Shown here one piece after another: positions 38,301 through 47,139 of a stretch of DNA of 64,000 bases. Within the stretch, counting starts at the first letter, position 1. The number at the start of each line of letters is the position of its first letter. This DNA comes from Cellvibrionaceae bacterium. Its GTDB lineage: Bacteria; Pseudomonadota; Gammaproteobacteria; Pseudomonadales; Cellvibrionaceae. The position numbers and the translations under genes were made by a program. The notes beneath the pieces were generated by a model. That model did no database searches and was not told where the DNA came from. It saw only the letters and a list, made by a program, of their open reading frames with translations. Location: contig JBNKVX010000004.1 of the NCBI GenBank assembly GCA_050299435.1, positions 224 to 64,223 of the forward strand, written 5' to 3'.

Positions 38301-38676
38301 CACGCAAATCATTCAGCAAGGGCAGAATTACTGCTGGGTTATCTTCTTTTTGGTTTTTAACACGTTCAAGATAAATCGGGAGTTGTAACATGGAGCGCAT
38401 CAGCACTTCGTGCGATTCTGGCCCACTGGAAACATTGTTGTTAATGATTGCTTGAGCGAGATGCTCCATTTCTTCGGCGAGCAGAGAGGCCCCATGAAAC
38501 TCTACCATCTGCAAACTGCCGTAAACCTGATGGATATGAGTCAGGCAGAAGCGCATCTTTGTCGAATCTTTCGGATCTTCAACAAAGGATTCTAAAGCGC
38601 TGCGAGCGTCATTTAGGGTTTCACTAATCTCCCCAATAACCCAATCTAACGCAGCAAAATTTAGCTTCTCTCCCAT
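32353..38676 (-). CDS. chpA: CheA-like hybrid histidine kinase ChpA
   Basis: 2107 aa; multiple Hpt (HTLKG), HMLRNAVDHG, SGRGVGMDVV, CheW domain, C-terminal receiver. Confidence 0.96.
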   Translation of the reverse strand: MGEKLNFAALDWVIGEISETLNDARSALESFVEDPKDSTKMRFCLTHIHQVYGSLQMVEFHGASLLAEEMEHLAQAIINNNVSSGPESHEVLMRSMLQLPIYLERVKNQKEDNPAVILPLLNDLRAVRKQSYLSETNLFSPDLTSLARLHGQKHQIVHDPEKLKEVLNKLREMYQFSAASVLRGIKARENLEYIEKVFTRLQLITSGTACYPLWEAASAMVEGLREENIQLSVAVRGLLRYLARELRILGEKAPGALDMQPGESLLKNVLYYVARAKGGSKKILDVKAKYQLQNALIGGAEGSDKDAMSMPDPEAIRSVVVALQDEINTIKHILDLSLSGQSSPSELKEVLPVIKRVADTLAVLGIGDLRKQVLKQAEILEELSNQNDIDGYQLMEVANKVIEFENRLSAISKAAGRHQNLEDLDEREVEIDQAKRTVLKECQRGLDQAKDAIVEYISSQWDKSHLGNIESLLTDIRGGLDMVPLHRPGKIIDSCNAYIRENLLVGDGHPDWTALDALADAIASVEYYLERLIEDLDEDLEPLLDIAEESVSTLGYATGSTTPPSLVAERSSPTAPQTEFKSQNQDRAVNQPVTEIENLVEPSSDSSSTEPEELNEVAFNNNVESGEELEHEEHVEQVSPAASLVKREPIISLDKISIDDDAENESDIDDEIIEIFIEEAGEVSDTLGEYFPKWRADQHDNDSLVVVRRAFHTLKGSGRMVEANDIGELAWSVENMLNRVIDRTVPAKPAHSHLIILVLQLLPSLIEAFKNKKRNPQPELTEQYMAWGQALSEGEVPPELEDEPASTEVPLSAQAESEQQARLNEAQEEENEDYVLWDIFSSEAETHLEVMEEFIAEMEESSPIFSPPSDDLQRAMHTLKGSAKMAQVTAIARLVEPLEHFAKELISYKVPINADILQLLKDAVDYTRESLGYIEARREVQIPKLNQFIARAEELKELSVGHLIRLNELEKQGSNEVDPQLLSIFMAEEMKMLLDADKLILTWKDKGKDAVDLPGLIKELSLLEVGANKAKLPEMSDLAKELRLVHEKALKDEKVIDEHFYQVLARGHDILLDLVDAVAAGQNLVAPPADLITALKDLAEQSLQVEEIDEEVGEEIISEEPVIEFESVEDINGFESDQDFELVDEADEAETIPVASFNESDFEEQQEFELNEVDQGESEAASANSAEDIFNITVDEQNSDFSSQQESDQIYNQDSAGVLSSESDFEVEQDEEYQTSEEVEHDLPFGQDATAQDDFISAGDSDNSESPISSETPEASQEDATSIPGLLDIIDVNDPDFDEDILEVFLEEAEELIEELDEAVHTWENDWSDLNSVESIKRALHTLKGGARLAGMNNLGELTHDYESYLIGVDISDVDGAFFAKIHGFQDRVLNGVRGIQSYMGTGADLATPALDVPGTPETAEQPSSAIESGQGSGETTNVLPFAAKPKETEVVATPTSGDDGDSFIMPSVSGGGASAATQQQVSARRAGPQEVIKVSAELLEELVNLAGETSISRGRLEQQVVDFGGALEEIDGTILRLQEQLRRLDIETEAQILFRQEQIEEAQKDFDPLEMDRYSALQQLSRSLIESASDLVDLKSTLADKVRDTETLLLQQSRVNSTLQEGLMRSRMVPFSRLVPRLRRIVRQVAAELGKQVSFELDNVEGELDRSVLERMVAPLEHMLRNAVDHGIEKPEDRVANGKPESGRIVLTLGREGGDVLLRLADDGRGIDLKRVKEKAIERGLMMADAQLSDRDIMQFILHAGFSTAENVTQISGRGVGMDVVYAEIKQLGGSVSINSAWGKGTEFYVRLPFTVSVNRALMIEMGADHYAVPLNTIEGIVRVSPFELEHYYSDPEARFEYAGERYEVRYLGTMLDKNARPKLEGKSLPLPVLLVRSAEHTMALQVDALMGSREIVVKSLGSQFSLVQGLSGATVMGDGSVVVILDPHALVRKEVALSDAQHTLLEATTDQQREVKESRVQKINTVMVVDDSVTVRKVTTRFLEREGFEVITAKDGVHALEVLQDTIPDLMLLDIEMPRMDGFEVAKNVRTTSRWKDIPIIMITSRTGDKHREHAFSLGVNKYLGKPYQEEVLLESINELLADSANQKA

Positions 38677-38690
38677 CTCGGAGTCCCGTA

Positions 38691-39539
38691 TCAGTTGCGT
38701 ACGTATACTTGCACATCATCCGCCGCAACGCGGCTCATATCTCGATGCACCCAATCAACAACTTCACCCAAACCAATTATCAAAATTCCGCCAGGTTTTA
38801 GCCTCTCCACAAAAGCGTTCAAAATTTCATGACGTAACCAACGACGAAAATAAATCAACATGTTTTGACAAAAAATAACATCGAGCTTAATTGTGGGTAG
38901 CTCACTGATATTTAAAACATTGGCGTGGTTAAAACACACCTTTTCTTTGATTTCCGGAATAATCTTATAACGTCCGTTTTCTTGTTCAGTGAAGTAAGTT
39001 TCGCGGTAATATTTCTCGATTAATTCAATTTTACGCTGCGGATAAAGACCAGTCTTTGCAATGGTTAAAGCGGCGCGACTGATGTCGCTGGCAATAATTC
39101 CGTAGTAAGGCTTGAGTTGTTTCTCAAGAAAAACCTCTTTCATTACCATTGCGAGCGAATAAGGTTCCTCACCGGAAGAACAACCTACACTCCACAAATC
39201 AAAGGTATTTTCAAGTTTATTGTTTTCGATATGTTCTTTAAGATAGTTTCTGACAAACTCTATAGAAGGGGGATGTCGGAAAAAACTGGTTTCTTTAACT
39301 ACCAGACGATCAATTAGAACTGACCATTCAACTTTCCCTGAAACACCATCGACAATACGATTGTAGTACTGCGTGTAATCACTGTGCCCAAGCTCACGCA
39401 TACGCATACTAACTTGGGTCTGCAGAAAAACACGTTGCTGATCGCTCAGGCAAATACCTGCTCGCTCTTCTAACAACTTACTCCACTGATCAAATTGTTT
39501 GTCAGTAAGATCCGGAGCAGCCTGTAAGGACCAAATCAT
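38691..39539 (-). CDS. pilK: CheR-like methyltransferase PilK
   Basis: VKETSFFRH, WSVGCSSGEEPYS, IFCQNMLIYF. Confidence 0.93.
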   Translation of the reverse strand: MIWSLQAAPDLTDKQFDQWSKLLEERAGICLSDQQRVFLQTQVSMRMRELGHSDYTQYYNRIVDGVSGKVEWSVLIDRLVVKETSFFRHPPSIEFVRNYLKEHIENNKLENTFDLWSVGCSSGEEPYSLAMVMKEVFLEKQLKPYYGIIASDISRAALTIAKTGLYPQRKIELIEKYYRETYFTEQENGRYKIIPEIKEKVCFNHANVLNISELPTIKLDVIFCQNMLIYFRRWLRHEILNAFVERLKPGGILIIGLGEVVDWVHRDMSRVAADDVQVYVRN

Positions 39540-39558
39540 TAGTCGTTACCTTTTATAT

Positions 39559-41745
39559 TTATACTCGTGCCCCAGCAGACTCTTCGTCTAAAGTCGGGAT
39601 AAAATCATCATCAACATCAACCGCATCATCCAAAGAGAGATCCATGACATCATCATCGTCATCGGGCATATCAAATTCTGTATCCGCTTCAGCAAAGGCA
39701 TCATCTTCGTAATTGTCATCCCTCATTTCATCAGGCAGTTTGAAACCTGTTACTGAGTTACGCAACTCAATCGCCATGTTCGCCAAGTTACCAATCGCTT
39801 TCGCTGTTGCGTTAGTACCCGCTGAAGTTTGTGAAGTAATTTCCTGAATAACATTCATCGTATTCGAGATGTGGCCAGCTGAAGACGCTTGCTGTCTCGC
39901 CGCATTCGAAATGTTTTGAATCAATTCCGCAAGGTTGGCCGATACCGTTTCAATCTCTTCAAGTGCCACACCCGCATCCTGTGCAAGGCGAGCTCCTCGT
40001 ACCACCTCTGCGGTGGTTTGTTCCATCGAAATTACTGCTTCATTAGTATCATTCTGAATGGTTTTAACCAGCGCTTCGATCTGCTTGGTTGCTGTTGCAG
40101 AACGTTCCGCAAGACGCTGTACCTCATCCGCTACCACCGCGAAACCTCGACCAGCGTCACCCGCCATCGATGCCTGAATTGCCGCGTTAAGTGCAAGGAT
40201 GTTTGTTTGGTCGGCGATATCGTTAATCAAACTTACGATGTCACCAATTTCTTGTGAAGACTCACCCAGTCGTTTAATACGCTTTGAAGTATCCTGAATC
40301 TGCTCACGAATCGTATCCATACCGTTAATGGTATTTTGTACCACTTTCGCACCATTTTTCGCGATCGATACCGACCGCTCCGCAACACCGGCTGACTCCG
40401 CGGCGTTTGCTGATACCTGGTCGATCGTAACCGCCATTTCATTTACCGCCGCAGATGCTCCCGCAATTTCTTGCGCCTGGTGCTCAGATGCTTCAGCAAG
40501 ATGCAGTGCAGTTTGCTGAGTATCTGCCGATGCACCGGCAACCCGTTCGGACGTTTCGTTGATGCGCGAAACCAGAACCCGCAGTTGGTCAATGGTGTAG
40601 TTGATAGAGTCTGCAATTGCTCCTGTAAAATCTTCCGTTACTGTTGCGGTTGTGGTTAAGTCACCATCCGCAAGGTCGGCAAGTTCGTCGAGCAATCGTA
40701 AAATCGCGTTTTGGTTTCTCTCGTTAGTTTCACCTGTTTCGCGCGCGCGACGGTTGGTGCCCTGGTTAATTTGCCAAGCAATCAAGAACAAAACCAAAAG
40801 AGAAAGTCCACCAACAAAATATAAAACGTTGTTATTAATGCGGCGGCTTTCTGGAAGGTTTTCAATTCCGTCTGTCAAAGAACCGAGCGTTTCCAAAATA
40901 ACCGGACCATCATCCAAAATTGCATTCGTCGCCTGACGCGCTCGAGACAAAGCAGGTTGCGCTTCATAAATATTGCGAATTGAATTATTGATGACTTCAA
41001 AGTTCTCGACAATTTGGTCCAAACTTTCAATCGCGTCGCGATCAGTGATGCGCGAGATACTCATTGTGGGATCACCCACTTTCATACCAGCCAGTACTTT
41101 ACCGAATAGACTTGCATCGAGGTTAAACTGGTCAGCAGCTTTGTCTGCATCCTCACCACCAACAAGCATTTTCTCGATGTTTCTTGCAATACGTTCCGCA
41201 CGCCATGATTGTGTTTGCGCGACCGAGACTTGATCCGCAGGCGCATCGTTTTCCAATAGAATATCTACGATATTTCTATGTTCAGCCTGCAGTTCAGGAA
41301 TCGACTCACCCAGCGTGTCGGCCACTTGGTGAATAAAGATAATGGTTTCTTCATTCTGCAAAATGCCGTCTTCAGAAGCTTCTTTTACACGCAACCAAAC
41401 ATTATCAAAGTTGTTTAATTGCTCCATAAGCACCAAGCGTGTCTGGTTATCCTGGGTGCGAAGTCTGTCCCAGGTACGACCCATATCGTTAATCACCGTC
41501 TGTAATTCGACGAAAGATTGTTTGTTACCAGCGGTCGCATCTCGTGCTAATGATGTAATCCGATAAGAAGATGCCCTTAACTCACTGGCCAACTGCAATG
41601 CCTGTTGGTCTTTTCTGGCATCGGCCAACAATTGATAAATTATGACGCCCACTAAAAATAAACATGCGACCAAAACAAATATCAATAAAGCCATGTAAGG
41701 ACTAGATTTTGCTCGCAGCAGCAAGCCTTTTGAATCACCTTTCAT
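39559..41745 (-). CDS. pilJ: Methyl-accepting chemotaxis protein PilJ
   Basis: NQNAILRLLDELADLADGDL, IADQTNILALNAAIQASMAGDAGRGFAVVADEV. Confidence 0.96.
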   Translation of the reverse strand: MKGDSKGLLLRAKSSPYMALLIFVLVACLFLVGVIIYQLLADARKDQQALQLASELRASSYRITSLARDATAGNKQSFVELQTVINDMGRTWDRLRTQDNQTRLVLMEQLNNFDNVWLRVKEASEDGILQNEETIIFIHQVADTLGESIPELQAEHRNIVDILLENDAPADQVSVAQTQSWRAERIARNIEKMLVGGEDADKAADQFNLDASLFGKVLAGMKVGDPTMSISRITDRDAIESLDQIVENFEVINNSIRNIYEAQPALSRARQATNAILDDGPVILETLGSLTDGIENLPESRRINNNVLYFVGGLSLLVLFLIAWQINQGTNRRARETGETNERNQNAILRLLDELADLADGDLTTTATVTEDFTGAIADSINYTIDQLRVLVSRINETSERVAGASADTQQTALHLAEASEHQAQEIAGASAAVNEMAVTIDQVSANAAESAGVAERSVSIAKNGAKVVQNTINGMDTIREQIQDTSKRIKRLGESSQEIGDIVSLINDIADQTNILALNAAIQASMAGDAGRGFAVVADEVQRLAERSATATKQIEALVKTIQNDTNEAVISMEQTTAEVVRGARLAQDAGVALEEIETVSANLAELIQNISNAARQQASSAGHISNTMNVIQEITSQTSAGTNATAKAIGNLANMAIELRNSVTGFKLPDEMRDDNYEDDAFAEADTEFDMPDDDDDVMDLSLDDAVDVDDDFIPTLDEESAGARV

Positions 41746-41802
41746 ACCACGCTCCCAAGCGATTGTATGTTCAACAATTTATTCACCTAACAAAACCGCA
41801 AG

Positions 41803-42345
41803 CTACACCAATGCGGCATTAATAAATCTAGGATCTTCTGCAAGCGTCGACAAATTAAAAACAGTCCAACGCTCCCCGCGTGAATCCTGATACGCGCCTT
41901 TAACAAAAGGTAAAATTTCTTCCTTGAGGCTGGCCTCTACTGGACCAAATCTGTCTGCGGGAAAATGCTGCATGCCGAAAGCTCTATCGACAACGATTCC
42001 GCTATACAAATTTTCTGTTTCTAGCACCAGAACACGGTGATTTTTTTTCTGTCCGCTGATGGTGCCACCAAAGAAACCAGGTAAATCGAAAAGGGGTAAC
42101 AAACGGCCCCTTACATTTGATAATCCAATTACCCAAGGCTGAACGCCGGGTAATCTTGTTGTCGCTGGTACTTCCATGAGCTCCGCCATTTGGCCCATCG
42201 GTGTCACAAATCGGTTCCCTAAAAAGGAAAACCCAACACCACTCCAACGCGCTACAACATCTACCTGCGCAGGCAGGCCTTTTGCAGACCTACGGCTTAA
42301 AGCAGCAAGACTGGTGAGCGCTTTAAATGCGGATAGCTCACTCAT
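41803..42345 (-). CDS. pilI: CheW-like protein PilI
   Basis: TRLPGVQPWVIGLSNVRGRLLPLFDL. Confidence 0.93.
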   Translation of the reverse strand: MSELSAFKALTSLAALSRRSAKGLPAQVDVVARWSGVGFSFLGNRFVTPMGQMAELMEVPATTRLPGVQPWVIGLSNVRGRLLPLFDLPGFFGGTISGQKKNHRVLVLETENLYSGIVVDRAFGMQHFPADRFGPVEASLKEEILPFVKGAYQDSRGERWTVFNLSTLAEDPRFINAALV

Positions 42346-42361
42346 CTTTCATAAGTGCGAA

Positions 42362-42724
42362 CTAAGCGCACACCTGCTGCATCGTCGACATCAATTCCTT
42401 TTCATCAATCGGTTTAGTTAAATAAGCTTTTGCTCCCTGACGCATCCCCCAAACACGATCCGTTTCCTGATCTTTTGTGGTCACTATAATGACTGGAATA
42501 TGCGATGTTTCCGGTGCTTTGCTTAGCTGACGTGTTGCCTGAAAACCATTAAGCCCAGGCATCACAATATCCATTAAAACCAAGTCTGGCAGTTCTGCTT
42601 TCGCAGTCGCCACACCTTCTTCACCGTTCCCTGCAGTGATGACGGTATGACCGTTTTTTTCCAACATGCCAGTTAACTTGTATGTTTCTGTCGGAGAATC
42701 ATCTACGATCAGTATTTTTGCCAT
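42362..42724 (-). CDS. pilH: Response regulator PilH
   Basis: MAKILIVDDSPTE, MDIVMPGLNGFQATRQL. Confidence 0.96.
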   Translation of the reverse strand: MAKILIVDDSPTETYKLTGMLEKNGHTVITAGNGEEGVATAKAELPDLVLMDIVMPGLNGFQATRQLSKAPETSHIPVIIVTTKDQETDRVWGMRQGAKAYLTKPIDEKELMSTMQQVCA

Positions 42725-42779
42725 ATTGCCTCCAGAACCGAGCCGGGATTGCTCTTTTCTACTTCATCTCACTCATCAA

Positions 42780-43175
42780 TTAACTTGCTCGCGCGACGTT
42801 CACATGCGTTTCAATCGCGCCAATTAACTCACCTTTGCTAAAGGGTTTTGTTAAATACTGGTCTGAACCAACTATGCGACCTTTGGCTTTATCAAATAAC
42901 CCGTCCTTACTAGATAACATAATGACGGGGGTCTGCTTAAATTCGCTGTTATTCTTAATTAAGGCACAGGTTTGGTAACCGTCCAAACGTGGCATCATAA
43001 TATCTACGAAGATGATGTCTGGGCGTGTATCTGCAATTTTTGCCAAGGCATCAAAGCCGTCTGTAGCTGTAACAACCGTGCAACCAACTTTCTTCAATAA
43101 TGTTTCTGCCGTGCGACGGATGGTCTTACTATCGTCAATCACCATCACTTTCAGGTGCTCTAGATTTGTATCCAT
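42780..43175 (-). CDS. pilG: Response regulator PilG
   Basis: KVMVIDDSKTIRRTAETLL, DGLFDKAKGRIVGSDQYLTKPF. Confidence 0.97.
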   Translation of the reverse strand: MDTNLEHLKVMVIDDSKTIRRTAETLLKKVGCTVVTATDGFDALAKIADTRPDIIFVDIMMPRLDGYQTCALIKNNSEFKQTPVIMLSSKDGLFDKAKGRIVGSDQYLTKPFSKGELIGAIETHVNVARAS

Positions 43176-43444
43176 ATGCTGACCTTGCGTCTTCTTCTAG
43201 GTTGGCCCAAAGTTGCCATTTTTTAGCGACACTCCGGGCTCGATTTTAAGAGTATTATAGTTGGAGTAAACTTTTAACATAGTTTTGCACTTTAATCTAT
43301 AAACGCTTGAAAAAAAAAGAATTCTGTCAAAATTGAACTCCCTCACTTTTAGTCATATGTAGATCTTTTCAAGCAAACAATACTCTTTATAATCGACCAC
43401 GTTTCAGCATTTCGCCAACTAAAATAACCAATTCGGAGTTTAAT

Positions 43445-44407
43445 TTGAGCACTAATCTGACAATCGGTGTGGTGATGGACCCGATCGGTGGCATCAATTA
43501 CCACAAAGACACAACTTTAGCCCTGCTTTTGGCGTCTCAGGAACGCGGTCACAAGTTGATTTATTTAGAAATGAGCGATTTAAGCCTTCAACAGGGAGAG
43601 GCTTTTGGGCATGGCAAGGAATTAACGGTTAATGCTGATCCTGAAGAGTGGTATCGCTTGTCTGAGCCGCTCTCCCAGCCATTAAAAAATCTCGATGTGA
43701 TATTGATGCGCAAGGATCCACCTTTTGACAATCAATACATCTACGCCACCTACGTTCTGGAGCGTGCCGAACAATCCGGTTGCCTGGTTGTCAACAAACC
43801 TCAAAGCTTAAGAGACTGTAACGAAAAGGTTTTCGCCACGGCCTTTCCTCACTGTTGCCCTCCTGTGCTTGTGAGCAGAAAGCTGCAAGATCTAAAGGCT
43901 TTTCACAGCCAGTATGGAGACGTTATTTTCAAGCCTCTTGATGGTATGGGTGGCACCAGCATTTTCCGCTGCAGAGCTGATGATCCCAACGTGAACGTGA
44001 TTTTGGAAATACTCACAGAACAAGGCCAGAGTTTTATCATGGCGCAGCAATTTATTCCGGATATTAGTAACGGAGATAAGCGTGTGCTGGTGGTTAACGG
44101 TGAAGCGATTCCCTATTGCCTTGCGCGCATTCCGGCTGAAGGCGAAACGCGCGGCAATCTTGCTGCGGGTGGCAAAGGTGTCGCCCAGCCGCTGAGTGAC
44201 AGAGATCGCTGGATTGTGGAGCAAGTAGCCCCAACATTGGTCGAAAAAGGATTAATGTTTGTGGGTTTGGACATTATTGGCGATTATCTCACGGAGATTA
44301 ATGTCACCAGTCCCACCTGTGTGAGAGAAATTGATAAGGCTTATGACACCCGAATTGGAGAAAAGCTAATTTTGGCCATTGAGAATGCAGTAGGAAATCA
44401 TTTGTGA
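43445..44407 (+). CDS. gshB: Glutathione synthetase
   Basis: GVVMDPI, LMRKDPPFD, GETRGNLAAGG, TEINVTSPTC. Confidence 0.97.
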   Translation: MSTNLTIGVVMDPIGGINYHKDTTLALLLASQERGHKLIYLEMSDLSLQQGEAFGHGKELTVNADPEEWYRLSEPLSQPLKNLDVILMRKDPPFDNQYIYATYVLERAEQSGCLVVNKPQSLRDCNEKVFATAFPHCCPPVLVSRKLQDLKAFHSQYGDVIFKPLDGMGGTSIFRCRADDPNVNVILEILTEQGQSFIMAQQFIPDISNGDKRVLVVNGEAIPYCLARIPAEGETRGNLAAGGKGVAQPLSDRDRWIVEQVAPTLVEKGLMFVGLDIIGDYLTEINVTSPTCVREIDKAYDTRIGEKLILAIENAVGNHL

Positions 44408-45291
44408 GCGCGACTGCAAATCCTGGCGACTTCACTGACGGCGCAAACGACAGATTGCAATTCACCATTTTTCTTGGCCTCGCCTTGAATGCCCTGCTGA
44501 TCTTTGGAGTGGGCACCAGCATGCACATCGGCGATAAACTTGCGCCTACCCTTAACATCACCCTCGCAACACATAAAGCATCAGAGGAGCCTGATAAGGC
44601 CGATTTCATCGCCCAGCAAAATCAGGAAGCAAGCGGTACCGAGCAAGACATAAGAGAACTGACAACTCAAAAAAATGCAGAAATCGCCGATGTGCACATC
44701 AAAGACGTCAATCCGGCTCCGGAAATTCGGGCTAGCCAACACAGCGAAGCTGACTTGCGTGTTTTAACTGCAAGCCATTCAGATAAACAACTGCAACAAT
44801 CCAATCTGACCAATCCTGACGAGTCCGATTTGGAACGCCAGGGGGAAGATAAAGATACCCCTCTGGTTAACCCTGAAATCGCCAGCTTGCGAGCAAAACT
44901 CGATAAATTAAAACAGGACCTCGCCAAACAACCACGCATTCGCCGTTTGACCTCAGTATCAGCAAAAGCCTCCTATGATGCCGCCTATTTGAATATGTGG
45001 ACCCAAAAAATCGAGAGCGTCGGCAATCGACATTTTCCTGCTACTGCCCTGAGAGATGGCATCTTCGGTAACTTGCGCATGTCTGTTTTATTGGCGTCTG
45101 ATGGCACAGTTGAGTTAATTGAAGTACTGCAAAGTTCTGGGCACCCCATTCTGGATAACGCCGCAGTGCAAATTGTGAAGCTTTCGTCCCCCTTCCCGAA
45201 ATTTCCCAAAGAAATTACTCAAAACACAGACAAGCTGGAAATTATTCGCACCTGGCGTTTTGAAATAACGGGACTTAGCACGTCAAATTAA
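44404..45291 (+). CDS. Energy transducer TonB (TonB3-like)
   Basis: N-terminal TM helix, C-terminal TonB_C (ILDNAAVQIVKLSSPF...IIRTW); conserved position after gshB. Confidence 0.88.
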   Translation: MSATANPGDFTDGANDRLQFTIFLGLALNALLIFGVGTSMHIGDKLAPTLNITLATHKASEEPDKADFIAQQNQEASGTEQDIRELTTQKNAEIADVHIKDVNPAPEIRASQHSEADLRVLTASHSDKQLQQSNLTNPDESDLERQGEDKDTPLVNPEIASLRAKLDKLKQDLAKQPRIRRLTSVSAKASYDAAYLNMWTQKIESVGNRHFPATALRDGIFGNLRMSVLLASDGTVELIEVLQSSGHPILDNAAVQIVKLSSPFPKFPKEITQNTDKLEIIRTWRFEITGLSTSN

Positions 45292-45400
45292 CTACCAGAA
45301 AGTCAATTTACCCGTGCAAAAGGCGATTTTTTAAAAACCTTTGTATTGCCGCGCCAATTTCCGCTTGAATTCTGATTATTCGGGCGCATACTGAGCTTAT

Positions 45401-45985
45401 ATGGCCAGCAAATTAGAGCTCTCCACAACTCCACTCAAGTGCTTGCGAAACCACTTTCTGCTTGCCATGCCCAGCATGGACGACCCACTTTTCACTCGAT
45501 CTGTTACCTACATCTGTGATCATAGCGAACACGGTGCAATGGGCATCGTACTCAATCAGCCGCTGGAAATTCGCATGATTGATGTTTTCAGCCAACTCTC
45601 ACTAACAACGGATTCAATGGCTGGAAAAGCCCCTGTGCTGGCGGGTGGACCGGTTAATATACAGCGCGGATTCGTCTTGCATCGTGACCAGGGGTCCTGG
45701 GATTCAACCTTGCACATCACTTCTGAAATTTGTCTTACCGCGTCACGCGATATTGTAGCTGCTATTGCCCAGGACGAAGGTCCAAAGAGTGCGCAGTTTG
45801 CTTTGGGTTATGCCGGCTGGAGTGCTGGCCAACTTGAAGAAGAAATTGCAGCCAATTCCTGGTTAACACTGGAAGCGGATAGCAGTATTATTTTCGACAC
45901 CCCCGTTGACCAGCGTTGGGCCGCCGCCTCTAAACAACTTGGTGTTGATCTCAACCTGATTTCTTCTCGCGCAGGTCACGCTTAA
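45401..45985 (+). CDS. yqgE: YqgE/AlgH family protein
   Basis: HFLLAMP, GGPV...RGFVLH, LGYAGWSAGQLEEE. Confidence 0.95.
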   Translation: MASKLELSTTPLKCLRNHFLLAMPSMDDPLFTRSVTYICDHSEHGAMGIVLNQPLEIRMIDVFSQLSLTTDSMAGKAPVLAGGPVNIQRGFVLHRDQGSWDSTLHITSEICLTASRDIVAAIAQDEGPKSAQFALGYAGWSAGQLEEEIAANSWLTLEADSSIIFDTPVDQRWAAASKQLGVDLNLISSRAGHA

Positions 45986-45992
45986 GCTCTTC

Positions 45993-46403
45993 ATGTCAAA
46001 CATGCTTCTTGCTTTTGATTTTGGTACAAAAAGTATCGGCGTAAGCGCTGGTCAAAGCTCGCTGGGAACAGGCAATGAGCTCCCGCCATTAAAAGCCAAA
46101 GAGGGCATTCCGGATTGGTCGCTTGTTCAAGCTGTTCTTGAGGAATGGCAACCTGACACTGTGCTTGTTGGATTGCCCCTGAATATGGATGGCAGCGAGC
46201 AGGAAATGACTCGACGTGCACGTAAATTTGCAAATCGATTGAATTCGATGTTTGGAGTCAAAGTCGAGCTGGTCGATGAACGTCTTTCCACTCGCGCAGC
46301 AAAGGAGATTGCGGCTGAACGCGGGCAACAAGGTCAGTATGATAAAAACCCCGTCGATTCCATTGCTGCTCGCTTGCTGCTGGAAGCCTATATCTCACAA
46401 TAA
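45993..46403 (+). CDS. ruvX: Holliday junction resolvase-like / pre-16S nuclease RuvX (YqgF)
   Basis: LAFDFGTKSIGVS, VGLPLNMDG, VDERLST. Confidence 0.95.
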   Translation: MSNMLLAFDFGTKSIGVSAGQSSLGTGNELPPLKAKEGIPDWSLVQAVLEEWQPDTVLVGLPLNMDGSEQEMTRRARKFANRLNSMFGVKVELVDERLSTRAAKEIAAERGQQGQYDKNPVDSIAARLLLEAYISQ

Positions 46404-46536
46404 AAACTATTTCAATACGCGCGTGTATCCAAACAAGACGCGTAAATTAGGTGGCCAAGAGAGGCGTTTTGAATGTATCCCTGTATGCGCTTCGTCGACT
46501 TCCCGCCATCAAATTAATAAACCCTACAAATAAATT

Positions 46537-46563
46537 TAAACCTTTTTAAGGTTAGTTACGACT
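46537..46563 (+). promoter_or_regulatory. Candidate ECF-sigma promoter (autoregulatory)
   Basis: TAAAC-N17-CGACT about 28 nt upstream of the ECF sigma start. Confidence 0.55.
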
Positions 46564-46590
46564 AAATAGAAAACCCAAGAAATAGGCAGC

Positions 46591-47139
46591 ATGTTATCGC
46601 TTGACGAACCAACTTCAGAGCAGGACGAACACGCCCTGATTAATCAGGCACAGAAGGGTGATCGGCAGGCTTTTAAGCAACTGTATGAACTTTACGTTAA
46701 GCGTATTTACGGCCTCACGTTTCGCCTGGTAAATGACATTGGTGCGGCCGAAGATGTTACCCAGGAAATTTTCGTGAAAGTGTGGCACACGCTGCCCAAC
46801 TTCAAAGGAGAGAGTCGTTTTTATACTTGGCTGCACCGCTTAGCCTCCAACACCGCAGTGGATTACTTGCGTAAACATCGCTCCTGGTTGCAATTGGTAT
46901 TTGAAAAGGATTCTGGCGAAGAGGTCGGCAGTCGAGAAGATAAAGATTCGCTGTCAAGAGATCTGGAAACCTTAATAAGAAAACTGCCCGAACGTGCGCG
47001 CATTGTATTTGTTTTACACATTGTTGAAGGTTACAGGCATGAAGAAATTTCTCAACTCACGGGAATGGCAGTGGGCTCAAGTAAAGCCCAATTAAATCGA
47101 GCAAAAAAAATGTTGAAAGAGTGGTTAGGCCATGAATGA
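46591..47139 (+). CDS. ECF RNA polymerase sigma factor
   Basis: AEDVTQEIFVKVW, FKGESRFYTWLHR, EGYRHEEISQLTGMAVGSSKAQLNRA. Confidence 0.95.
   Translation: MLSLDEPTSEQDEHALINQAQKGDRQAFKQLYELYVKRIYGLTFRLVNDIGAAEDVTQEIFVKVWHTLPNFKGESRFYTWLHRLASNTAVDYLRKHRSWLQLVFEKDSGEEVGSREDKDSLSRDLETLIRKLPERARIVFVLHIVEGYRHEEISQLTGMAVGSSKAQLNRAKKMLKEWLGHE

Noticed and set aside
43305-43374. A9 tract and 9-bp inverted repeat in the pilG/gshB promoter region as a phase-variation switch
   Set aside because: Short A runs and 9-bp matches are expected in AT-rich intergenic DNA; no recombinase is nearby.
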